From the human T2T-CHM13v2.0 reference genome, Homo sapiens, in NCBI RefSeq assembly GCF_009914755.1, contig NC_060944.1: DNA of 64,000 nucleotides; one strand, written 5' to 3'. Shown in pieces: positions 23,830-45,099 of the stretch. Each line of letters starts with the position of its first letter. Position 1 is the first letter of the stretch. The position numbers and the translations under genes are program-made. The notes under the pieces were generated by a model. It did no database searches. It was not told the origin of the DNA and saw nothing but the letters and a program-made list of their open reading frames with translations.

Positions 23830-25155
23830 TATAATCTTATCTAATGTAATCACAAAAGTTGACATCCTATCACATTTGCTGTATTCTACTTATCAGAAGC
23901 AAGTCACTAAGTCCAGCCTACATTCAAGGAAAGGGTACACATGGGGGTGACGTCCAGGAGGCAGGGATTACTGGGAGCCACGTTAGGAGCTGTCTACTAC
24001 AAGGAGGAAAAAGCAATGAAAGGATGAAATCTAGGATGGTGGTTATCTCTGAGTGGAAGCAAGGGGGAGAGATGCAAGAAGCACATGGCCGGTGAAAGTT
24101 ATTTGTAATAATTCCATTCTTGGGGCAGGTGGTGGATTTATAGGTGTTCATAAGTGAGTTGATTATGGACAAATGGGGAGAGAGTGTCATGAACCAAGGA
24201 TTATATTTAGTCCAATTCAGTAATATTTAAAATATTCAATAATAAATGAAATAAAAATTGCCAACTACTCCTGACCTTGTTCTGAGCCCCATCCATGCAC
24301 TCCACCTGGTCTTAGTTTAACACTGGCTCCACCTGACCCTCCACTTGCCCCAAACTAACCGTTAGCCCTTCACACACACTGACCCTTGCTATAGCACCAC
24401 GATCTCTCCATAGTCTGCAATAGGCCCCCGGAGTTCTATTCCCTGAAACTTTTATCCATGTAACCTCACCTGTAGGCTGCTATATGTAAAGATAGTAGGA
24501 ATAGCTGATGGAGTGGCCCGAGGACCAGGAGACAGGGCAGGCTAACAGTTCTGCCTTAGCAGTAGCACTGTGGGCCCAGAAGACAGGTTTGATGGCTGGT
24601 ATCACGACCTCACCTATTGGCCTCCTACATGGCAAAGGCTGGGCCAGGTCCTGATGGTTCTTCCTCTTTGAGGCTTCTGCTCCTGGTATCCAGATATAGC
24701 TAAGTCTGTCTCTGAGAAGTGCACCTCTGCCACAGCACCAGGCCTGTAACTCCCTTGTTGGTAATAGACTCTATCAACTCTCTCCTTTCCTGTCTTTGAT
24801 GAAGTAAGCTACCATACTGGAGATGGCTATGTGTCAAGGAAATGAGAGTGGCTATTGGCCAACAATGAGTAAAACACTGAAGCTTTCAGTCTGACAGCCC
24901 ACTAGGAAGTAAATTCAGTCAGCAACCAAGTAAGCCTGGAAGCCTGGATCCTTCCTCAGTTGTGCCTTCAGATGAGACTGCAGTTCTATTGGCCCTTTGC
25001 TTGCAGCCTTGTAGGAAACATTGAAGTGGAGGACCCAGCCAAGCCTGGCCTGGACTCTTGACCCACAGAAAATGTGAGATATAATAATAAGTATTTGTTG
25101 TTCTAAGCTGCTACATTGGTGATAATTTGCTACACAGTAAGAGATAATGTATACA
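23830..25155. mobile_element. MLT1 (MaLR) LTR fragments at about 23830-24001 and 24790-25155
   Basis: agcaagtcactaagtccagcctacattcaagg and ccttcagatgagactgcag...gacccacagaaaatgtgagat...ttgctacacag are MaLR LTR motifs. Confidence 0.6.
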
Positions 25156-25198
25156 GGTTCTTTTCATTTCTTTTGCTATTACAAAGAGTGTTTCTGTG

Positions 25199-26237
<1,039 letters not shown>

Positions 26238-26461
26238 TAGGCTGTCATCCTGTGCAAAACCTGACCCCTGGTGATATCATCAACCTACCAAGCTGTGGCC
26301 GCACAGGACCCAGCCACCCACAAGATGAGATCCACTCTGGGTCCAGAAAGCTCTTTCACTCAAGGCGGGGGTGGGGAGATGGAGGACAAGTGAAGAAGAA
26401 ACTGGCTCCCCTCAGATGCAAAAAGAGAAGGCAGGCACAGGAAATAGAACACAACACTGAC

Positions 26462-26467
26462 TTTAAT
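26462..26467 (-). terminator. SPEF1: SPEF1 polyadenylation signal (ATTAAA on minus strand)
   Basis: TTTAAT at 26462-26467, about 690 nt after the stop. Confidence 0.65.
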
Positions 26468-27152
26468 GGGGCAGCCCTGAGCCGTAACCTTCAAACCTTC
26501 CGCCTCAGTACCCCGTGCGCGAGGAGGGAGGGGCGACTGCTACGGGCACATCGTCGATGTCCTCCCTACTCCTGGCGATCCCACGCCTCACCCCTTCCTC
26601 TCCAGCTGCTGCGGTCTCCGTCGCCGAGGTGGGTCCCAGGTAAGCTCCCAGGAGGGGCAGGGGAGCCCCTCAGCGGCCCGGGACAGATTCCCCCATGGCT
26701 GAGGGCATGGGGAACTAGCCTGGATGGAGACGCCGCCGTCCTCGGAGCTGGGCGGGGACCTGATTCTGGGGGTGTGGACAGAGCCAAGGGACCGCCCCCC
26801 AAGGCCCAGCGCCGGGAGATGCAAGGCCGGGCCCAAGGTGTTGGACACTGCTTTGGGGGACAGGCTAGGTCTCTGCACGTGGCTTCTGGGCTCTGGAAAG
26901 CGGTCCATTCTCCTGACCCGGATCTCCGGAGTGGTAGGAGGCGGCTCAGTCCCGGGCCTGCGCTCCTAGAGTTCCTGTCCCATCTCCTCCCACGCTCACC
27001 CATCCCAAGGAAGGAGGGCACTCGGGCCCCAGCAGGCTCGTGAGAGCAGCGGGCTCCGCCCTCCCAATGGTCTATCCATCGGTGGGTGGGTCCGGCGCGG
27101 CGTCGGGGCTCTGGCGGGTACCCGGGCGTCCCCGCGCGGCCCGGGCCGCCGC

Positions 27153-30227
<3,075 letters not shown>

Positions 30228-30359
30228 TGGCGTCCTCACGGCCTGGCCGCCCCAGCGGTGCCGGGTCCCGCCCCAGCCTCACGACCCTTCAGGCGCTTCC
30301 TTTCTCGCCACTGCAGAAGCCCATAACTGCCTCTGCCTGCCTAATCCAGAGACTCACGT

Positions 30360-30450
30360 CCCAGCTGGGAGCGGCCATATTGTTTTCTGAAACCATGGAA
30401 ACCATTCCCGACTCTCCTGGGTACAAAGACTTCTGGGAGTTGTAGTTTTA
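30360..30450 (-). promoter_or_regulatory. SPEF1 proximal promoter motifs
   Basis: YY1-like GCCATATT 30374-30381; RFX-like GAAACCATGGAAAC 30389-30402; ZNF143/THAP11-type ACTACAACTCCCAG (minus strand) 30433-30446. Confidence 0.6.
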
Positions 30451-31025
30451 TCCCCTCCCCGCTACCTCCTCTCAGGCCCGAGCTTTGAAAAGGCGGTTAG
30501 CTGCCCTTGTCTTCTTCCCAAGAAAGCATCACTTCTGTGCCCACGCCACCTAGTGACCAGCCACTCATCCATTTTGGGACCAGCCAAAGCCAACCAGGAC
30601 CCCAGAATTCCTGCATCTGCACCCCTAGGGTGGGGATCCCCCTTCTTGGCCCTTCAGCCCTTTAGTCCCAAGTGAAGGGAGCACTCCAGTGTTGGTCAGC
30701 TTTATTTGGGGGTGCGTTGTTGATAATCTGCCACCCAAATGGATTGCGTGATACAACTGCTTCCTGCTTCGTCCCTCTCCAAAAACTCTATGCTCATGGG
30801 GCCATTGCCACTCGCCCTTCCCAGCAGTGTTCTAGTGGGGTATTTAATAGGTAACCCAGACTCCCAGGGAGAACACCAGAGTTCAAGGCCAGTACCTTGG
30901 CAGGTCATTTAACTTCTTAACTCTATTTCCTCCTTTGTGAAATGACGATGGTTCTCACTTATTTGTCCCAAACCCCTCATCACCCGTCAATGAGCTATTC
31001 TTCCATGGATTAGAAATTCATTTCA

Positions 31026-31350
31026 GGCAGGGCACAGTGGCTCATGCCTGTAATCCCAGCACTTTGGGAGGCCGAGGCGGGCAGATCACCTGAGGTCAGG
31101 AGTTCGAGACCAGCCTGGCCAACATGGCTTTCGCCCCGTCTCTACTGAAAATACAAAAAAAAGTTAGCCATGTGTGGTGGTGGATGCCTGTAATCCCAGC
31201 CACTGAGGAGGCTGAGGCAAGAGAATCGCTTGAACCCGGGAGTCAAAGGTTGGTGAGCCAAGATCATGCTATTGCACTCCAGCCTAGGCGACAGAGCGGG
31301 ACTCCATCTCAAAAAAAAAAAAAAAAGAAAGAAAAGAAAAGAAAGAAACA
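31026..31350 (+). mobile_element. Alu (AluS)
   Basis: Full Alu with A/GAAAA tail. Confidence 0.9.
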
Positions 31351-32834
31351 AATTCATTGCAGTACCCATAAGGGGGTTAGGAATATGGGTCCCTCCTTAG
31401 TGAAGAGGTACTTCTAGAGTCAGGATGAGAAGAGAGTTTGACTAACGGCATGGCCTTGGGCACCTGACCGGACCGCTGCCTGGTTTCTCATGGCTTTACC
31501 TACCTTATAGGGGCTTTGTGAGCATCTAAAGCATTTAGCACAGAGCAGGGGCCCTATTAGTATCAGCTGGTACTATCATTAATGAGACAGTCTCAGTTCC
31601 AGCAAGAACTGTTCTTTTTCGCAGGAGACAAATGGAAGTAACTCGTCTTGTTGGAACCTGCGGTGAGGTAGCTGGGTTAAACAGGAGCACCTGGGCAAGC
31701 AGGCAATGCTCCTCCTGCTCACTCGAGAGCAGGTGGGGCTTCCTTGTGGCCTTCTGGTCTCCAACTCCAGGGCTCGGATTTCGGGAGGGAAGGTGGTGGC
31801 AAGGGGGATCCCAACTACTTTTTGTTGTCACTTCAAAGCCCTCAAGGCCTGGAGGGGATTCCTGAATGCCAGAAGTAGAGGCCAAGAGTGGAAGTCACCC
31901 CCATTTCTTGTTTTAAAGTCATATATAGTGGTCTTGATTTTCCATAAGGGGCCATAACCAGGGCAGGCCAGGGACAAGAGATGAACTGGATACTCCCCCA
32001 TTAACATTCCCAGTGTTGGAGAGGAGAAACTTGGTGGTAAAGGTGGGCCGGGGATGGGAAGGAAACACAGAAGTGATGTGCCAGCCTCAGGTGAGGTGGG
32101 AAAACCGGTTTGGGGCCCAGAGCTGCCAGCCATGCTCAAGCCCAGGCCCTCCCTTGGTTGGAACCGCTGGGGCCTGAGGGCCTCAGTGAGGAGGGGTAGG
32201 GAGGGAGGGGCTGGCTCTGAAAGGAAAAAGGGTAGGATCAGCAAAGGGACCTGACCTCACCTTTGTACTGGGGGCCCCCTGGAAGGCACTGCACAGGGAG
32301 TTACCAACCATCCTCTGCCTCTTGGGGGTGCAACCTGTTCCTAGCAATTTCACCTTCCTCCTGCCACTGTGCCTAGAGGTGGCCACCAGGCTTGGATATG
32401 CCAATCACTGAAAGGCCTAAAGGGCTCCCTCTTAAGGCACCAAAGGTAAACCAAAGGGTGACCTATATGCCCCTCCAAACTCCAATCTGGACCCCAGAAG
32501 CTGCCCCAACACTCCTTTCTTTCTGTCCTGACCCCACTCCTGCAAAGGCCTTCAAACCAGCCTCGGTAGGCCTAGTCCCCACGTGCATATTGATTTGCCC
32601 CCAGAGACTGATGGCTCCCTCCTGCCCCAGCCAAGTGACCCCAAGCTTGAGGTCTCCTCCTGCCCCTCTTCCGGTCAGGGCAACCCTCTCAACACTTGCC
32701 TCCATGTCCCACCAGAGCAAGGACCAAAGAGAGCCAGGACGAATAAGTCCCCCAAGACAGACGCAAGCCCAGACCATGAAGGATGCACCCTTGGCTGTTA
32801 AAACGTTCACCCCCACAAAAGGGGAGTGGACAGA

Positions 32835-32840
32835 TTTATT
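32835..32840 (-). terminator. CENPB: CENPB polyadenylation signal (AATAAA on minus strand)
   Basis: TTTATT about 790 nt after the stop. Confidence 0.8.
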
Positions 32841-33623
32841 GAAATCAAACTGGGAAAGGAGCAGCTGGACGGCTGGACTCTGGGCCCAGCCCCAGGCCCC
32901 TCTGCCCAGGATGGGGCCCTGCCAGAGAGGGAGGAGAGGCATGGGGCCTGCAGCTGCCCACAAGGAAGCGCCCTTGGTTACTTCCACGGTGGGGGGCCTC
33001 TTGGAAACCTCCAATCTGGAAAGAAAACCAAGGGCCAAAGTCACATGGACAGGGCCAGAGAAAGGGACTGGGGAGGTGGAAAGCAGGCAGAAGCAGGCTC
33101 AGGAGCCCGCAGTGAGTTAAACTGTGCTTCTCAAGGCGGCCTGGGGGGTGGGGGTGGGGGCTGCCAGCCTTGCAGGGGGCCTAGGCTGGACCTTCTTCTG
33201 GAGCCCTTCCCAGAATGGCTTTGGGGTCCCCCCACCAAAGACCTGACGTGGATGGCAGAGGGGAGAGGCACTCTCCGGCCGGGAACCTCCAGGGCCCATC
33301 CCTGGCTGCTGCTGTGGTTAGTCCACTGAGGGCACGGTGTGGTAGCACCGGACAGCTCCCCACCCGCCCCACCTGGTCCCCTGAGCCCAGGGCCAAATGG
33401 GGAGGAAAGAGGATTCTGAGAAAGAGGCAATAAGCAGGCAGTGAGGCTGACCTCAGCCCCGGGCCCGGCCGAGGTGACCGGGCCTGTTGCAGGACCAGGG
33501 GAAGCATTACTAAAGGATCTGGGGCTCTGCACTCTGGCTCCATGCACAGCGGGTGCCCAGAGAGTCCTCTGCCCTGGGGTGGTGCTGCCAATCTAGGTTG
33601 GGGGCACAGCTAGGTCCAGTGAC

Positions 33624-35423
33624 TCAGCTTTGATGTCCAAGACCTCGAACTCCCGCCTGCCTGGCGTGGTTCTTCCTGGTCACATGAACCAGATCGTGTT
33701 CCAAGTGGAGGATGTGGCTCTGCACGCGGTCATCAATGGGGAAGGAGGTCAGGTACCTCTTGACCATGGCAAAGTAAGCCATGGCCTCCCCAAAGCTGGG
33801 TACAGGCACCTCATCACCATCCTCCTCATCATCATCGTCGTCTTCATCTTCATCATCCTCTTCCTCATCGTCCTCTTCCTCACTGTCTGAATCAGAGTCC
33901 TCCCCACCTTCCAGGAAATGCAGAGTAGGGCACTGGGCTTCCTCCTGGGCACCATAAGCCCCGAAGCTGCCACCGGCCTCCACTACTCCCTGGGCCCAGT
34001 CCTCAGCCTCCAAGCCCTCCGAGGAGCTCTCCTCATCTTCCTCCTCTTCTTCATCACTATCAACATCACCCTCCTCCTCCACCTCCTCTTCCTCCCCCAA
34101 TTCCTCTCCTTCCCCCCCTTCCTCCTCCTCCTCCTCCCCTTCCTCCTCCTCTTCCTCTCCTTCACCCTCTTCCTCCTCCTCTTCTTCCTCCTCCTCCTCC
34201 TCTTCCTCTCCCTCACTCTTGAGGGAAGTGGTGATGGTGGCATTAGGGCCACCCCCAAAGCCAGCCTCACGAAAGCAGGCGGCTATGTCCGAAGGCTCCA
34301 CTGCCTGCCAGGCGGCAGCCACAAAGTGCAGGGCCTCCGTGAGACCCAGCTGCAGGCCTGAGGGATCCTGGCCCTCTAGCGCGGCCATGGCCTTGAGCAG
34401 CATGGCCTGGCGGTAGTGGCCCTTCACCTGCTGGACCACTCCCCTCTCCAGCGGATGCACGGTGCCGGGAGGGAAGAAGGCCAGCTGCACATGCCGCAGG
34501 CCCGAGGTGTCCAAGGACTGGGCAGCCAAGCGGCCGGCCAACAGCAGGACCCGGCGAGACTCTGCAGCCATTCGGGTGTCCAAGGCCTTCAAGTACTTGG
34601 CCAGGGCCTGGGTGGTGACACCACCCTTGGAGTTGGCGGTGTAGTCGCAGGGCAGGCCGGCTTGGCCTGCGCGGGGCTTGGCCGACTTGCCGGCCACCAG
34701 CGGGGGCAGCTTCTCGCTGCCGTCGGCATTGGCGCATAGCAGGACGCTCAGGCGCTGGGTGGCTTGACGCGGCCGTCCGTCGCCTCCGCACAGCCCCGCG
34801 GCCTGGTCGGGCAGGAAGTCGTACCATAGACTGGTCTCGGTGGCGCTGAACACGTCCTGCGAGGCGTAGCCCTCGGCCACCGACGGCGGCTGCTCCTCCC
34901 GAGCGCGCCAACCAGTAGTGCTCCCGCCACTGCCCTCCGAGGGCACCGCGGCCGGACTGGCAGGCGCCGCCGGGGTGCGGGGGGCAGCGTTTCGCGCGCG
35001 GGCGCGGGCCACGCCGCTGCAGGACACCACGCCGTGGCGCCGGCGGAAGCGGTCCAGCCAGCCGTTGGAGGCGGTGAAGTCGTCCATGCCCAGCTCCTCG
35101 GCTATGCGCAGCGCCTTCTCCTTGAGGATGATGCCCTTGACCGGCAGGCCGGCGGCGCGGATCTGCTGGAACCAGGCGATGAGCAAGCCCTCGAGCTTGT
35201 CGTAGGGAGACAGCTTGTTGGTCTTGCGGCAGGTGGAGGCCACCCCGTACTTGCGCTCCGACGCCAGGATGGCGCGCTTGTTCTTCAGGATCGTGCTCAG
35301 CGTGGACGGCGGGATGTTGAAGCGCCGCGCGATCTCGCCCTTGCGCAGGTCCGGATTCTCCTCCACCTCCTGGATGATCCGTGACTTCTCCCGGAACGTC
35401 AGCTGTCGCCTCTTGGGGCCCAT
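33624..35423 (-). CDS. CENPB: Major centromere autoantigen B (CENP-B), intronless, 599 aa
   Basis: ATG at 35423 (MGPKRRQLTFREKSRII...), two HTH DNA-binding domains, DDE_1-like region, two acidic tracts, C-terminal dimerisation helix (VPSFGEAMAYFAMVKRYL...); 1800 nt including TGA. Confidence 0.98.
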   Translation of the reverse strand: MGPKRRQLTFREKSRIIQEVEENPDLRKGEIARRFNIPPSTLSTILKNKRAILASERKYGVASTCRKTNKLSPYDKLEGLLIAWFQQIRAAGLPVKGIILKEKALRIAEELGMDDFTASNGWLDRFRRRHGVVSCSGVARARARNAAPRTPAAPASPAAVPSEGSGGSTTGWRAREEQPPSVAEGYASQDVFSATETSLWYDFLPDQAAGLCGGDGRPRQATQRLSVLLCANADGSEKLPPLVAGKSAKPRAGQAGLPCDYTANSKGGVTTQALAKYLKALDTRMAAESRRVLLLAGRLAAQSLDTSGLRHVQLAFFPPGTVHPLERGVVQQVKGHYRQAMLLKAMAALEGQDPSGLQLGLTEALHFVAAAWQAVEPSDIAACFREAGFGGGPNATITTSLKSEGEEEEEEEEEEEEEEGEGEEEEEEGEEEEEEGGEGEELGEEEEVEEEGDVDSDEEEEEDEESSSEGLEAEDWAQGVVEAGGSFGAYGAQEEAQCPTLHFLEGGEDSDSDSEEEDDEEEDDEDEDDDDDEEDGDEVPVPSFGEAMAYFAMVKRYLTSFPIDDRVQSHILHLEHDLVHVTRKNHARQAGVRGLGHQS

Positions 35424-35940
35424 CCCGGCGCGCCCCCCGCCCCGGGGCCCGGCGCCGCCGCCGCCGCCCCGGGGCGGGGGGCCCGGGCCCGTGGCGGGGG
35501 GCACCTGGCGGCCTCTCCCGCGCGCCCCGCCCGAGACAAAGCGGCTCGCGGGCGCGGCGGCGGGGCGACGACCCGGCCGGGCCGGGGGCACCTCCGGGGA
35601 CGCCGGCGGGCGCGTCGCCGGGCGGCGGGCGGCAGGCGACGGGCGCAGACGAGGGCGGGCGGCGCGGGCGCGGAAGGCAGGAAGTGCCGCGGCGCGGGGA
35701 GCTGGGAGCGCGGCGAGCGGGGCGGAGCGGGCGGAGCGGGATCTCGCGGGAAGCGCGGGGACGCCCGGCGCCTCCTCCCCGCCCTCCGCGCCCACCCCCT
35801 TCCCGCCGCCGGGACATACCGCGGGGGGGCGCTGCGGCCTGCTGGACCTGCCCGTGCTGCGGCCTCCGGCGACCCGGCAGCGACGCGGGCGGGGACGCGG
35901 TGCATCGCTACTGCGCCCGGCGGACAGCGACTTGCTGCTC
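34500..35940. promoter_or_regulatory. CpG island: CENPB 5' end and divergent upstream CDC25B promoter
   Basis: Extreme CpG density; ETS-like GGAAG(T) sites at about 35672-35686; GC boxes. Confidence 0.8.
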
Positions 35941-36071
35941 AAAAAGAATAAGAACCAGGGTTTTTGTTTGTTTTTTTTTTTTTTAATTAAGGTAAAAATA
36001 ACGCACTTTTTTTTTTGCGGAACCTGAAAAATTCAAGAAGTTGAAAAACGCTTTTCACGTCACCTGGAGAG

Positions 36072-36079
36072 ATGCACAG
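36072..36079 (+). CDS. CDC25B: Coding end (ATG CAC AG) of a distal alternative first exon of CDC25B, giving N-truncated isoforms
   Basis: gagATGCACAG|GTAACA is a phase-2 donor compatible with exon 2 acceptors at 46566/46608, giving 516 or 502 aa products. Confidence 0.65.
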
Positions 36080-36792
36080 GTAACATTTTGATACATTTCC
36101 TTCCAGTCTTTTCTCTAGATGCATGTCGTTTTCTTTTTAAAAATTTATTATATAAAACTGGCATCAGACTGTATAGACTGTATATCTGGCATCTCCTGCT
36201 GTTTTACCTGGCATCAAGTAGTGAGAATTTTGCCATATCGGTAAGTATCATTGCCAACACGCTTTTTAATGATTGTGTAGCATTCCAGCTATGAATGAAC
36301 ACTAGCGTATGTAACCTATTGTTACACACTTAAGTTATTTTTAAAATCAGCATTACAGTTGTAAATCTATTTGATGGTGCTAATGACATTTTTAAAGTTC
36401 TAGTAATCCCACAACCCATAGATAAACACTCATAACATCTTGGTGTGTCACTTTCTGGGCTTTTCCATGCATATAGCCATAAATGTATGTGTTTGCACTT
36501 ACAGAAATAACATCATGTATATACATAAGTGTGAATCCCTGAAGCCTCCCTCTCCTGCAGCAAAACATTAAAATGCCAAGCTCTTAAAACAATGAATGTA
36601 TAGCTGTGTTTTTAAAAATCTCTTAGGGCAGCACTAAGGGGAACTCCAGCATTGGCAGAGGGGAAGGCTGTGACCCAGGGGGACAGGCTGAGGACCTGGG
36701 GCTGGATGAAGCTGTGGGTGAGTGTAGACAAAGAAGAAAAGAGGACCAAGGACAGTGCCCTGGGTCCTCCAAGGTTAAGGGCTCAAGAAAGA

Positions 36793-37268
<476 letters not shown>

Positions 37269-37651
37269 CTAGTCATATCCTTTGACCATGTGTTTGTCTT
37301 TTTCTTGACTTTTAGGAGCTCTTTACATGCTCTGAAGAAAAGATCTTGTTAAGTATGTTGCAAATGTTTTCTCCCTGTCTGCCACTTGTCTAAGTTAGTT
37401 TAGGGAATCTTTTGGATATGAGAAGTTTTTAATCTTCAACCTGTCAATTTTTTCCTTATTGCTTCGGGGTTTTGTGTCTTACTTAGAGAGGACTTCCCTA
37501 TCCCTGAGATATAAAAGATATTCTTTTAATCTCAAGGTCCAAAAGAACACGTGGGAGACTTTTCCAGAGCACTGCTTGGCCCAAGAGGAGTGTGTGGTCA
37601 CTGGGCAAAAATGAATCTAAGATTACCTGGATGAGAACTCCTTGCCATGCA

Positions 37652-37853
37652 TCTTTTCTTTCTTTCCTCTCTTTCATCCTTTTCCTTGTTTCTTTCCTTC
37701 CTTCCTTCCCTTCTTTCTTTCTCTTTCTCTCTTTTCCTTCCTTTCCTTCTTTCTTTCCTTCCTTCCTTCCCTTCTTTCTTTCTCTTTCTCTCTTTTCCTT
37801 CCTTTCCTTCTTTCTTTCCTTCCTTCCTTTCTCTTCCTTTCCTTTCCTTTCCT
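37652..37853. repeat. Polypyrimidine (TTCC/TTTC) tract with a 61-bp higher-order tandem repeat
   Basis: Essentially C/T only; the unit repeats at 37691 and 37752. Confidence 0.85.
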
Positions 37854-38184
37854 GTGGCCCCTCCTTAGTGCCATACAAAGGGCATTGGCACAATTACTTC
37901 TAGGACAGAAAAGCCACGCCCATCATATGCTGATGTCATAGCCATTTCCAGATACCTCGTCTACCCTTTGCCTGTAGCAGTGCACGGGGCCCATTTCCAT
38001 CCCCTCTCAAGTGACCATTTCCCCCAGCAATCCATCTGAGGCCCCGGGCTTCCCCACCTCTTTCTGTAAGTCCCAGCTTTCTGCTTTTAGGACTGTTTGG
38101 GAAATCCATAACTCACCTTCTCTTCTTTTGGTCCAGCCTGCCCAGAGCTGTCCTTCAGGCCCCTCAGCAAGCTTTCCATTCTCC

Positions 38185-43324
<5,140 letters not shown>

Positions 43325-44023
43325 TGACTGTGGGATTTCAAGGGATTCAATAGTATAATGCCTGCCCTGCCACATACACCCTGTGCAGATGTATATTGGC
43401 TGGGTGGGGGGTGGGGGGGATACCTGTTGTGTTTATTTTGAAAATGCAAATCTCGGGGCAGTTTTTTTTCTGGTTTTTGGGCTGGGTGGCTTTACAAGGA
43501 CACTTCCCCCTTCCCTCCTGGCACTAAGGGCAGTCACATCCTCACTGGAAGTAGTGGCTGGAGGTCCAGGGCATAACCCCTGACCCAGGGAGGATGAACC
43601 GGAAATTCAGTCTTGCAGAGCCCTCTGCACAGCACAGGAGCTGGGCAAAATTTGGAGAAAAGGAAAGGTCACGTTCCCACCTTGGCCACCCCTCTCAGGT
43701 GGGGCTGGGGTCTTCCCCTACCCTTCAGATGCATTGGCCCACCCAGCCCCCCATCACCAGGCCCTCCCTTTTGCCACCCCCATCCAATGCACCTTGGGTC
43801 TGGGTGGCTGGGACTGCACGAGAAGGGGTACTCCTGCCTTGCTGAGCTGCAGCCCGCCCCCCGCACCACCACCCGCCCAGCCAGAGGCCACTTCTAACCT
43901 GGGGAGACAGGATGCGAAAGCTGCTCACTACCCACCGGCTTTTGGGTGCAGCCTTCAGGCCTCTTGTTCCAGGAGGCCTGGAAAACGAGCGGGGCTGGAA
44001 GGCATTTAGATAATTGGAAGATG

Positions 44024-44328
44024 GGCCGGGCACAGTGGCTCGTGCGTGTAATCCCAGCACTTTGGGAGGCCTAGGTGGGTGGATCACGAGGTCAGGAGTT
44101 CGAGACCAGCCTGGCCAATATGGTGAAACCCCCGTCTCTACTAAAAATACAAACATTAGCTGGGCGTGGTGGCGCGCTCCTGTAGTCTCAGCTACTCGGG
44201 AGGCTGAGGCAGAAGAATCGCTGGAACCCGGGTGGCGGAGGTTGTAGTGAGCAGAGATGGCCACTGCACTCCAGCCGGGTTGACAGAGGGAGACTCCATC
44301 CCAAAAAAAAACAAAACAAAAAAAAAAA
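44024..44328 (+). mobile_element. Alu (AluSg-like), TSD AGATAATTGGAAG
   Basis: Direct repeats at 44008-44020 and 44328-44340. Confidence 0.92.
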
Positions 44329-45099
44329 GATAATTGGAAGCTGCTCCGCTTAAAACGAATGACAAATTCAGCCTCCCTGGTCTGGTCATCAAAGAAACAC
44401 CAATTAAATAATATGGTGCCATTGGCACCAAGTTAGCCAAATCATCAATGGGCGTGATACTTAATTCGCTTCTCTGGTTGCTGACACCCTCCTCGACCCC
44501 CAGCCGCGGAAATCCATTCCTAGTTCCACCGTTTAGAGCCTCTCCTGGGGCTGCCGCGAAAATTGGGCCGGTTGGGGTAACATCTAACCTGGGGTCCCGC
44601 GAAAGAGCCCATCAGTTCCGCTTGGGGGCCCCACTGCCCTCCCACCTCCTACGCTGGGCGCTCCTCCTGCGAATGACGTTTTGCTGCTGCTCAGGGCAGC
44701 CAGTCGCGGAGGCGGGGAGGCTGCGCGGTCAGAGGCGCCTGGAGCGAGCGAATCCTGGCCCACCGCCTGCCCAACCGCGTGACCTTGATTGAGTTAATGA
44801 ACTTCACGCCTCAGCGTCCAGGTCTGTAAAATGGGGTGTCTAACGCAGACCGTACAGCCCAGCTGGGTTTAGCAAACTTCCGGGAGCCAGTTGGAGCCTC
44901 TCCCCATCCCTAGCGGTGATCCCAGGTGACGACATGCCGCGGGGGGTCCTGCGGAGGCCACCCTAGGGCGTTGCTGCTGCCTTTGGGAGTGTGGAGCTCC
45001 AAACCATGTCGCGAGAGGCGGATTTTGGGAGGCCGGGATCCTCGCGCCAGGGGGATGTGCGAGGGTGTGGGATAAATCTTAATTCCTCCGGCCCACCCA

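Noticed and set aside
35424-35942. 173-aa N-terminal extension of CENP-B in the 772-aa ORF call
   Set aside because: Starts at a non-ATG codon probably upstream of the TSS. The Pro/Arg/Ala-rich text is what a stop-poor CpG island yields, and the known protein begins MGPKRRQ.
34267-36027. Long overlapping ORFs (516, 270, 201 aa) on both strands around CENPB
   Set aside because: Shadow frames of extremely GC-rich sequence; no recognisable domains.
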